Assembly (NCBI GenBank): GCA_013265495.1 | Contig: MU058037.1 | Coordinates: forward strand, 1,241,498 to 1,305,497 | Length of the DNA stretch: 64,000 bases | DNA from: Vicugna vicugna | Lineage: Eukaryota | Direction: 5' to 3' | Shown here: positions 52,780 to 64,000 of the stretch, piece by piece | How the letters are laid out: each line of letters opens with the position of its first letter | How positions within the stretch are numbered: position 1 is the stretch's first letter | Notes under the pieces: model-generated | Database searches by the model: none | Told to the model about the DNA's origin: nothing | Seen by the model: the letters and a program-made list of their open reading frames with translations, nothing else | Position numbers and translations under genes: made by a program

Positions 52780-53820
52780 CACTTGGACCCATCTTTCTTC
52801 TTTCCCCACTTTGTGCCAAGAGGTCATTCCCTCCTGCTGAGGGCAACTGCTCTATTTGTGCGGTGGATCCCGTCTACTCCCTTGATCTATCTTTCTTTCT
52901 CTCGGGTTCTTCCCATTAGCACCAAAAACATGACCATGATCTTCCCACTGCTAAAACAATGACAAGAACAAAAACTTTTCACTACATACTTTAGCAAGTC
53001 CCACACTCTTTCTCAATGCCCCTTCCAAACAGAACTTCTTGAGGGCATTTTCTGCACTTGTAGTCTCTACATGCCCTCCATCCAGTACAACCTGGCTCAG
53101 TTTGCCCTGCTCTCTCATCTATGAACTCCTGTTAAATCCCATGGGCACAACCACATCTCATATTATTGACATCTTCTTGACACATGCTCTTCGCTTTGTT
53201 TCTCTAATACCAAAATCTCTCTTATGGTTTTATTAATTTTTCTGAAGTTCCTTCTGTTTCCTCTTCCTTTTTACGTAAATGCTGGTGTTCCTGAGAGCTC
53301 TCTTCTAGGACACCTTCTCTTTCCTTTCCATTCTTCTACATTCTCCCTGGACTATTTATCCACTCCCACGGTTTCAATTACATATTTGGTGTGCATCAGC
53401 TCATCCATGGACCAACTAATTTCTTCTGAATTCCAGACCTGTACATCCAATGGTCCACTTGAAGTCCTCCCAGGCATTCATACTCAGGAGTTTCAAACTG
53501 AACTGCTCATTTTCTTATGTTCCTAGCTCTATTAAAGTCAGTGACATCATTTAGTTGTCCAAGCCAGAAATCTGAAGTCTTCTTGACTCTTTCTCGAACA
53601 TAAATTACATGTGACCATCAAATACAGTGGATTCTACTTTTGAGTTGGTCCTCTTCTCTCTTTTAATCTCTACTGCCACCATTCTATTCTGTATCATCAT
53701 CATCTCTTGCCGAGATTACTGAAATAGTCTCCTGATCAATTTTATTGCCTCCAGACTTGCTTTTCTCCAATCTATGCTTTTGGAACATAGTAGGCGTACA
53801 ATAAATATTTCTTAAATGAA
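52780..53820 (+). mobile_element. L2 remnant
   Basis: ttccagacctgtacatccaa, ccaagccagaaatctgaagtcttcttgactc, ending ggaacatagtaggcgtacaataaatatttcttaaatgaa. Confidence 0.65.
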
Positions 53821-56214
53821 GGAAAGGATATATATATCAGTTCTAGTGACTGCAGAATGAGGATGAGCAAGGAAAATGGAATATTTTAATCCAATAAGCA
53901 TTTCTTAGAGTAGTATATTTGCAAGAGTCATACTCTAAAATTTGGCAAGTTAGAAAACCAACTACAATGATCTCAGAAGAAAAGCATTTTAAATGGGAGA
54001 AAAAAAGCACACTTAACCAACTTTTTAAAAACTGATCATTTATTATAAATAGAAAAATTAAAATTTTATAAGAAATAAAATACAAATCCATAGTATCCAA
54101 ATCTCTTATTTTCATGATTTAAAGTCATGACTAAAATTAATGCATATATTTTAACAAGTAATCAAGAAATGCAGTGTTCCATACTTAATCATTTTATGTC
54201 TAAAATAGATGAAGATACCTACTTTAAAACCAGGACATCTATTTCAAAGACAGATTTTTTTTTAACCTTTAAAGCTAATATTTAAGATTTCAGAGTGAGA
54301 GAAATTGAAGTTTGAAAATCTAAGAATCAAAAAATATTTTAGTTAAGAAGGTGATGAAAACAATATCTTTAGGTAATGATATATATTAAGGATAATTTCC
54401 AGATTGCTAATCTATATTGTTTAGGAATGAGAAACACTATTCAGTAAAAATAAAAACACCTTAAGGAAAAGAAATGATTTAAGTACTCTGTTCAATTAAA
54501 ACACATGAGATATACTCTCAGTTCATTATATTACTGAATTGAAAAAGTAAAATAATAATTGCCTCTTGTTAAATAAGGATAATGTCACTTATTACAGCTA
54601 TTCTCTCCAAAGGATATAAATTTATATCCTGGTTGGTATGAAATTCTCTTAAGATGAAACCATCTCCTTTGAGATGATTGGTTAATCATTTGGGAATAAC
54701 AAAACCCAAGATTATATCTCTTCTTTGCACCAACATCAAAATAATTGCATACAGGTTAAAGATTTGAATGATTGAAAAATGAAATCACAAAACCATAAGA
54801 AAATGTTTGTGAATATTGATAAAGTCTTGAGAAGACTTTCAAAACATATCATGAAAGGTGGAAAGCATAAGGCAAAATTGACAGAACATGATATATGAAA
54901 ATATAAAAATAAGCATAATTAAATGAAGTTCTAATATACTCACATGTAACAAATCAAATGGTAGAGCTGAGCTTATGATGAAAAGCAGTAAGAAGAGCTT
55001 ATGATGAAAAGCAGTAAGAAGAAAAATGGGCAAACGATGGGGATAAACAAAAAGAACACAATGGCCAATAAATACATTTAAAAATATTCAAGCTTTTTTC
55101 TAATCAAAGAAATGCAAATTAAAATGAGACGCCATTTTTCCTTACCCAATTAACAGAAAAAAAAAGTAAATGCAACAAGTCTATATATATATAAAAAAAT
55201 ATGAAAAACTCTGTTCACAATTTAAGATAGCAAGACTTTTCTTTCAGGATTATCTTAAGAGGTTCTAGAATTATCAAAAATCATAGATATGCCAAAAAAA
55301 TTTAGTTATACAGATACACCTCATAGCTTTGCTTATAACATTGAAAATCTGGAAATAATAGAGATTGAGAAAATGATGGCATATTTAACACTGCAATATT
55401 TATAGCCATTAAAATAATACTAGAATATTAATAACATTGAAAAATACTTTGAATATTTTATCAAGTTTAAAAAGCAGCTTACCAATTAACTACAATATAA
55501 TCCTATTTTTCAGTAAATTACAATTTACTTTCATTTAACTTGTTTTCTATAATGAACCTGTATTTCTTTTCTAGTAAGAAATAAATTGTTTTCTATAAAG
55601 GTCAAAAGATTACATTGTCTATCTCTTTCGGTTCCAATTCCTTACCCCCCAAGTAAACTCCTTATTACCAACCTCTTTTCCCCAGGTATTTCCATAACAG
55701 AAAAGGAGGTGCCCCGAACTGGAGAAGTGAACATTCTGTAAATTGCTAAGTGCTACCTCCCATTGTAGGTTTCTGGTGATGCATAAAGCCTAGGAAGAAA
55801 ATTAGAAGCCATTAAAGGAGGGAAACAAAGTAGATGAAATGGAAGAAAAGAACGCTAGGAATAAAGTAAGAAAGTTAAAGAAGCTAAGGTATGGGCCAAT
55901 ATGTTTGCAAATCCTTGATGAAAATGTGAGTCCTAAATGATGACAAGGTGATAAACATTACAGGGAAATATGGGTAAAGGATGTGGATACAAAATCTACA
56001 AAAGAATAGACATAAAAAAAAAGTTTAGCCTCTTTTCTAACTAAAAAAAATGCAAATTAAAATATGTTGGAAAAAAAAGATTATCAAGATGCAATATCCC
56101 AGACTATGTACAGAGTAGACAGCTTCCTATTGTCTGATTTAGTCCTCAAAGTTCATCCTACTCCGAATTCCCATAATGGTTCATCACAGTGCCTCCTTCT
56201 TAGTTATGATAGCT

Positions 56215-56561
56215 TAGGTGAGACCAGATTGATTTTTTTTAGAGCAATGTCTCATATTGTTTAATGCTGTAACCTATACATTATGAAACACAGTACATGC
56301 AAACAGCACAAAGATTCTGAATCTCCTATTTTGTAACTAATACTATACGAATGTGGCACATACATAAGCTTAAAACCTTAAAAGATTATGCTTTCTTCCC
56401 CACTTTTCATTTTCTATTCATTAATCAGAAGCTAGACACTTTAATCTAAAAATAAATTAAAAAATATATTTTAGATCCTTCTGGGTAACTCACTCCTAAA
56501 ATTAATAAAGTCAGTTTAGGAGCAAAATCAACAAATCCAACTCACTAGGTGAGACCAGATT
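56215..56561 (-). pseudogene. 5'-truncated retrocopy of an unidentified AT-rich RNA 3' end (~315 bp) with 16-bp TSD
   Basis: TAGGTGAGACCAGATT at 56215-56230 and 56546-56561; T8 at 56233-56240; minus-strand ATTAAA at 56265-56260. Confidence 0.75.
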
Positions 56562-57284
56562 TAAATGCCCATGTTACAATCAATGAATACACCCGTGAAC
56601 ATAGGTTATTTTGAGTAGTTTCAATGAGCAAAATCCTTAGCCAACATCCTAAGCATGATTTTAGGTTTACTTTGATTGGGTGAAGAAATGTTTAAAAGAG
56701 TTAAGGCTCCAGGAGATACTCTGGACAACCAGAACTAGCCCCAAGGCATTGGAAGCCAAAAGGCATACCAAAAGGAGGCAAGAGCTAATACCAGTATGGA
56801 CTGAGATACAAGGGCAAATGTATGTCATAATTCTGTATTCTGAAAATAAATACAAAAATAAGTACATAACAGTAACTTGAAAATATCAGGCACCATATTA
56901 ACAACTTTATGTAAACTGTTTAATTCAATAATCTTATAAAGGAAAATACTATTACGTCTACTTTAAAGATAGTTCATTCTACATAGAAAAATAAACCTAG
57001 ATTTCCTACCTCACACCATATATTCTAGAAATTAAAGATCTCATTGTGAAAGCACAACTCTAAATCAAATAGAAGAAAGTATAGAGTATTATTTGTGACT
57101 CTGGGACAGGACAGAACTTTTTAAGATTCACAAAATACAGTGAGTTAAGAAATTATAGATTTCAATACATCAAACTGAAGATGCTTGTTCAACAAAGCAC
57201 CTCATAAATAAAAATTTAGATGGGTGATAGTTGGGGAAAAATTATTTGCAACATCTAAAATGGACAAAAGATTGATATCTAGAA

Positions 57285-57493
57285 CATGGGTTGTTCTGTA
57301 AATAAATAGTAAATATAGGTTTTGTGGGCCATATTGTCTCTAATGTAACTGTTCAATTCTGCTATTGTACCATGAAAGCAACCATAGACAATACATAAAT
57401 GAATGAATATGGCTGTGTTCCAATAAAATGTTATTAGCAAAAAATGGTGGTGAGCAGGATTTGGCCTTCAAGCTTGTAGTTTGTCGACCCCTA
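57285..57493. mobile_element. MER58A-like hAT element with perfect 8-bp TSD, inside an old L1 (~56980-57830)
   Basis: ATCTAGAA at 57277-57284 and 57494-57501; internal aaatgaatgaatatggctgtgttccaataaaa and tagtttgtcgacccct. Confidence 0.85.
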
Positions 57494-59460
57494 ATCTAGA
57501 ATACACAAAAACTTCTTACGGAACAATAAGAAAAATTTAGGACACTCAATGGAAAACTGAATAAAGGATATCAATAAGCAACTGGCAGAATGAAAATCCA
57601 AATGGCTAAACAAATATATGGAGTACGAGTTTATTAATAATATGAGAAATGAAAATTTAAAGGTAATGCCATTTTGCACCTTAGGGATTTGGCAGAATAT
57701 GGAAGTCAGGTAACTTAGATGGAGGTTAAGGGTGTGGCGAAACATGAAACCCTCATTCCTTGGCAATGAAGGGAGTATCAGTTACAGAGAGCCACTCTGG
57801 AGAGCAATCTGGCAGTGCTAAGTGAAATTAGTGTCTTTCCAGACTCCAAATAAAGGAGAGCTCTTTGATAAAGGGCAGCAGGCAGCCTTTTAACAACACA
57901 CATACATTATCTTTATTTTGTAATTAGAGATAATATACATTATCTTTATTTCACTATGGATCCAAAAACACCAACATAGACTGTCACTAGTCCACAGACC
58001 AGCTGTTATAAACTACTTTCTACCAATATGCTTTAGACATGAAAATCTTAATATTCTTAGCATGTAATTATTTTACAGTTTAGAGTTTCGTATCTTTAAG
58101 AGAACTGACTTTATGATGCCTGATTAATGGAATGTAAAATTCACATGAACTTAAGATAAAGTGAGATTTAATTTTATAAGATGGAGACCCAATTACAGGG
58201 TTCTACTCTTAGATACTTCTGGGTTTTCCTTCTCTACAGCATCAGGAGCACTTCAGTAGAAGTCTGAGAAGCATTCAGATAATAAGAAGGGACAATTATT
58301 GAATATCCATCAATCTTTAGCTAAATAAAACTAAGATGTAAGGGTGTTTTTTTCCTTCTTTAATAGGAAATCAAATTACACAATATAATCTGCTTGGTAA
58401 TTAGAATTGCAACTTCCTTTAGCCATTTTTTCCCTACCTCTACCCTGAATACAACCTATTATAGCATTAAGTTCTGAAATAGAGGCCTTCCCCTCATTGA
58501 ATTCATTGAATTCATTTGCCATGGTCTGATAAAATATACAATGGATTATTCAATGGATTATTGTGGCCTAAACAGCAAGAGTAGCTTGCAAATGCACTGA
58601 TTAAAAAGGCAATAAAGTATATCCACATGCTTTACCTTAAAAATAAATGTGTTATTCAACTCTATTCCAATGCAGAAAACCACTCCAGAGTTAAAATAGC
58701 TCTGAAATACATGTTTTTTTCTTTCTTTTATCACATATTCGATACTAAAGCATAAATATACTATTGTTTGACAAGTTATTAAAAGAAAATTAGTTTGTAC
58801 TGAATTGCACACTTTAAACAGGTGAACTTTCTGTTATTTAATTGTATCTCAATAAACTGTTAGATAATCAGTCATCTAGTCTTGTGGCTCTTAACTGTAG
58901 TATAATAGGATCAGAGGTAAAGAGGAGGTGTGAAATAGGATTAGCCAATCAGGAACTGGGCTAAATTCTTAACATATTTTGTCTGGCTCTCAGTAGCCTA
59001 GAAAGAAAGAGAGGAAGAGGGGGAAGGTGAGGGAAGGAGAGGGAAAGGGAGGCAGGTGGGGGGGGGGAGAGGGAGTGTTTGTGTGTTTTAAGGAGGCTGG
59101 CTCTGTGGGACAAAAGAAGAAGTGCTATGGCAAAGGGTGAAGAACCAAATGTCATAGCTGAAACACTTTCTTTCACAAATTCCTAAAAACATAGACTAAC
59201 CCAGAGAAGACTTCTGTCAGACACTAATGAAATGAGACATGGTGGTTCTCTTTCTTCATCTATGAACAGGTTATTTCCAAAACGTAGTGAGAGCACAGGA
59301 ATTTCTTTTAAAAAAAGACTTCTTTCCATTGCCTGCCAACAACTTTCTTATACAGATTGCTTAAGTGAAAACTGAAGGCTGCTTTTAGAATCAAGAATTT
59401 AAAAACATCTAAGATTGTACTGTATATAAATGGAACAACTTTGACAGAAAAGAATACAAG

Positions 59461-59521
59461 TTAAAAAAAAAGACAACACATAGATGCTAAAACAGAAAAT
59501 GCTGGTACACATTCTTTTATT
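59461..59521 (-). terminator. MBTPS2: Polyadenylation signal AATAAA (59521-59516) with downstream GU/U-rich element
   Basis: The minus strand reads AATAAAagaatgtgtaccagcattttctgttttagcatctatgtgttgtcttttttttt. Confidence 0.65.
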
Positions 59522-62178
59522 GCTAAACATCAAATGCCAGCAACTGTTATCTTCAAGTTAAAGCCTAAGAATGAATTACAGCTCAATTGAAAGATCTATA
59601 GAAAAAATACCTATGCACCATTATGATGTGGACATTCAATAAATACTACTGGACAAACTGATGACTGAGAGCCACATATCCATGAACCACATGTTTACAA
59701 TTTACTTTTAGACAGATAATGACCTTAAGAACGAATATCAAAAGGTCAAGTTTAACTGCATGTCTTTTCAAACTGAGATGCTGAAAATATATACATTCTT
59801 TACAGATCATAGATGACTTTAAAAAACACTCAAAAATGTAAACAACGCAGAATAGGAAGACTGAAAATAAAAGTTTCACTGCTGAACAATGTGACAACAC
59901 AGAACACTTTCTTCAGATCCTCAAAATAATTCATTCTTCTGATTGCTCTACAGAAACCAAAATGGATTATTTTTGTAAAGATGATAATATACCAGAGACA
60001 CAAAGACCTTCTAAGTTATTTTTTTATGTTAACATATATTTATAGTAAATATTCAGTAATACTTTTTACAGCTTTCTTAAATAGAAACATGCTTTTCTAA
60101 TCCATAACTAACACTAATCACCATCCATTCAAGCACATTTATTAAGTACTTATGATGTCTCACGCACTGTGCCAGGGATGCAGAGATGAGTATGACACGG
60201 TCCTTGCCCTAAAAGTGCTCACAATCCAGCTGAAGAGACAACATGTAACATTTCCTTTCTTATATAATGAGGCCATTTCTCTAAAAATGGGACTGATCTG
60301 CTCAATATCCTAATACAATGTTCCCAAATCCTGACCCAATGGAGCAAAAGATCAAAGTGTTTAAAAGCTACAAGAAAACGAGGTGTTTGGGGTTTTTTTC
60401 CACCCAGAAAAAGAAGTTAACAAGTAGGCTTTGATCTGTTAAAATTTTTTCTGTTTCAAAAAAACTGACATGCACATATACATTTTCATTACTAAATCAC
60501 TCAGTAATCGAATTAATTATGTATTTCACGGCATTCCCTAAGCTCTACCACCTGAACAAGGTCTGAGCATTACTCTGCTGATATACTTTAATTCTGAAAG
60601 ACTGACCGCCTAAGAATAGAACAAATGCCTTTTTCCTAGGAAAACTGATACTCTGTATGGTTTTAACTAGTGATAATAACTGATGACCTTGAGTCATACA
60701 AAAAAAATGTTAAAATTATATTCAACATATAATTTCTGTTTAAGAAGGCAGGCAGATTTACAAAGCAATCTAAAGTTTCCTTAAAAATTAAAAAGTTTTA
60801 GTGCCTAAACAGCAACTCAGTGATCTCAAAGAAGTGAACCCGCATGGAATACCTCACTTAGTGAAGAAGTTAGATACATGACTGTTAATGTTGAGTGTAT
60901 GAGAGAAGCACATATTTTTCACCAAAGAAACACCATGCTCATGCACTTCTAAGACCAATAGCTTCACGCTGGCCTATTGAATTCCCAGATCTCCCAGGGC
61001 TGCATCTCTGGTCCCAAAGACCTCAAAATAGGTGGGGCTCCTTCGGGTTCAAGAGTCAGTTTCCAGGCTCTGGCAGATCCACATGTGTACTCACATGCAG
61101 TCATTCTCACTGTACTACCAAGTCTTTTGTGGACTCACAGAGGAAGCTTAGGGGAAAGATGCAAAACAAGGACTACGTATTTAATTACTCAACACAGAGA
61201 AACATGGGAGCCACTGGTGAGGACAGAGTATGGTTCAGGGCTTCAGGTACTTGCTTCTTGAAGACAGGAACCCAGGAGCTAAGCCCCGGATAGCTTCAGT
61301 AGCACAAGACAAAAGGTCTACCCCGGTAGGTTTCCAAGCTTTGAAGCTCTGTAGAGAATGGTAACCAGGACTGCAGAAGGGCCTGTGATCTGTCTTGTAA
61401 TATGCCACAAGATTCACCTGGCCCAGTTCTGAGGTTCAACCCTAACTGCCTCAGCTCACATGCTGCAGGTGAGAGATACTTCCTGTAGCTCACTCTGAAT
61501 GAGGGAGGGTATGGGAATATATCATCAAAAAGGCAACTTTTGTGGGGCAAACCATGTCTCATGATTTTATAGGCCCTACTTCCTATTTGTTCACTTCTTT
61601 GTTTATCATTTGACAAAGATTTTCCCTTTTGTGTCAGCAGATTCTTTTATAGAATTTTATTAATTTACTTGTAATCAGAACTCAGTTGTCAGAGTACAAA
61701 ACAATACACTACTAAATTTTAAAATACTTTTCAAACAAGACAAAGGACAAGAAATATAGGCCAAGAAAATGCTCACCTTTCCACTTGGCCAAAGTCTGGT
61801 CTCCTTCAAATCTGGATTGACGATGCTTTTTCAAGGTCTTCCCAATTTATCCCACCCAATCTGTTTTCCTTTACATTATATCAATGTGATATGGAGTCAC
61901 ACAAAAATGGTTTAATATAAATTTGTACTTGTTAAGAAATTGTTCCACAAGCATCTGAAGTTTGTAGGTTCAGTCTTCAAAACTAGAATGTAATCAGGGA
62001 CTATGCCTTTCATTTCTTCTGTTTATCCCCCATCCCAGAGTTCAGAAACTCTGGATATAGGAAGAGCAAAGTTTTTGGCTAAAATGTAATTTTAAGGAAA
62101 TACTTTATATGTCATAACAAGTAAGGTTTTCAATATTGTATACTGTAACTCAGAGATTCTATCAGATGAGTGCAAATA
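59495..62178 (-). other. MBTPS2: MBTPS2 3' UTR (approximate end)
   Basis: AT-rich, largely repeat-poor sequence between the stop codon and an AATAAA that is followed by a GU/U-rich downstream element. Confidence 0.7.
60115..60245 (-). mobile_element. L2 3' end inside the MBTPS2 3' UTR
   Basis: catccattcaagcacatttattaagtacttatgatgt...cactgtgccaggg...gtccttgccct. Confidence 0.65.
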
Positions 62179-62422
<244 letters not shown>

Positions 62423-62550
62423 GCCTACTGTGAGGTCTGAGTGCAAAGCACATTTCTGGGAGTCAAAAGCACGTATTTTATTAGGACTGGATTTGAGATT
62501 ACAGGTGACTCTGCCTCTCTTTAAATCTCTGCTCACCAGTACAGGCCATT

Positions 62551-64000
62551 CCTTTTTAGATCTCTACTATTTAAAACAAATATTATTTTGAAGTCCAAAA
62601 CCTTAACTAGTAAAATAAAGGCCAAACACTTGTAAACCAAGGCAATCTGTAATGAACTCCTAGGAAGCCCAACTCTAACCCTGTAATGATACAACAAGGG
62701 AAAATAATACATAAGGAGTAAGAAATAAGGGAAAGTTACTTTTTGACCCTTACAAAATATACCTTATATTAGATTTATAAAGATTTTGGCCCCTTAAACT
62801 CTATTGTACTATCATCTATAAGGTTATAGTGTAAATATTTCTGAGATAAACCTGCAGTCTACAAAGTACAATCTTGATTGTACACATTTTTAGTAACTCA
62901 TTTGTTACTAATTTGCTCATTTGTTTTCCATTTCATTTTCTGGCAAATCATTAAGGAAAGAAATGAAAACTCTCTCCTAAAAGTGACAAAAATAAACTCT
63001 CCAAACTGTTCAGTTTATTCAAATTCTATATAAAAATAAATTTAAGATGTCACCTTTTATATGAAAACGTAACATGCTAAAGTACACATGAGATTTTGCC
63101 TTCTGAATGCTATTTTAGTAGTGGAAACCAGTTTGATCTCCCTTATGCATTTCTCCATTTGGTCAGAGCTAACAGGCTCAGAGAGGGAGAATTCACCTCA
63201 TTAGCAGCTGAAGTCTTCATCCTTTATAAACTTACTAAAAGGTTTTAGACCTATAAATTCAACTCTCAATTTGTATTCTAGGTTTCTTCCCTTTCTCTCC
63301 TCCTGATCAATCTCTCTCCTCCGACTTCTTCCTTCCTAGGTATAATCTGATCTTTTTCAACTTTAAAGTCTCTTTTTTAAGTTATCAGCAAACCTTTTTA
63401 GATCTCTACTATTTAAAACAAATGATTTATATTATTTTGAAGTCCAAAACCTTGACTAGTAAAATAAAGGCCAAACACTTGTAAACCAAGGCAATCTGTA
63501 ATGAACTCCTAGGAAGCCCAACTCTAACCCTGTAATGATACAACAAGGGAAAATAATACATAAGGAGTAAGAAATAAGGGAAAGTTACTTTTTGACCCTT
63601 ACAAAATATACCTTATATTAGATTTATAAAGATTTTGGCCCCTTAAACTCTATTGTACTATCATCTATAAGGTTATAGTGTAAATATTTCTGAGATAAAC
63701 CTGCAGTCTACAAAGTACAATCTTGATTGTACACATTTTTAGTAACTCATTTGTTACTAATTTGCTCATTTGTTTTCCATTTCATTTTCTGGCAAATCAT
63801 TAAGGAAAGAAATGAAAACTCTCTCCTAAAAGTGACAAAAATAAACTCTCCAAACTGTTCAGTTTATTCAAATTCTATATAAAAATAAATTTAAGATGTC
63901 ACCTTTTATATGAAAACGTAACATGCTAAAGTACACATGAGATTTTGCCTTCTGAATGCTATTTTAGTAGTGGAAACCAGTTTGATCTCCCTTATGCATT
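62551..64000. repeat. Near-identical direct tandem duplication, unit ~842-849 bp, in the last MBTPS2 intron
   Basis: 62551-63151 is repeated at 63393-64000 (offset 849 after a 7-nt indel near the start of copy 2). I saw one substitution, ccttaac vs ccttgac. Confidence 0.95.

Overview
Mammalian genomic DNA, probably a camelid X chromosome (inferred from a camelid-type tRNA-derived SINE and the MBTPS2-SMS gene order). It is not prokaryotic, and nearly all ORFs in the supplied track are chance ORFs. Both genes lie on the minus strand. At the right end are the last coding exon of MBTPS2 (site-2 protease, 62179-62401) and its ~2.7 kb 3' UTR, with a poly(A) signal at 59516-59521. A ~43 kb repeat-rich intergenic stretch follows, then the CpG-island promoter and exon 1 of SMS (spermine synthase, ATG at 16082); SMS intron 1 runs off the left edge. 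Points worth follow-up: (1) SMS exon 1 has no GT donor where one is expected; (2) an out-of-frame upstream ATG in strong context overlaps the SMS start; (3) the last MBTPS2 intron has a U12-type branch point; (4) that intron carries a near-identical ~845 bp tandem duplication; (5) there are several non-standard L1-mediated insertions with clear target-site duplications (two orphan 3'-end retrocopies, a rearranged L1/non-L1 chimera, two poly(A)-only insertions); (6) a ~2.1 kb hAT-Charlie fossil keeps transposase motifs. I found no convincing new multi-gene system. Repeat family names are by-eye recognition and need RepeatMasker/Dfam confirmation.
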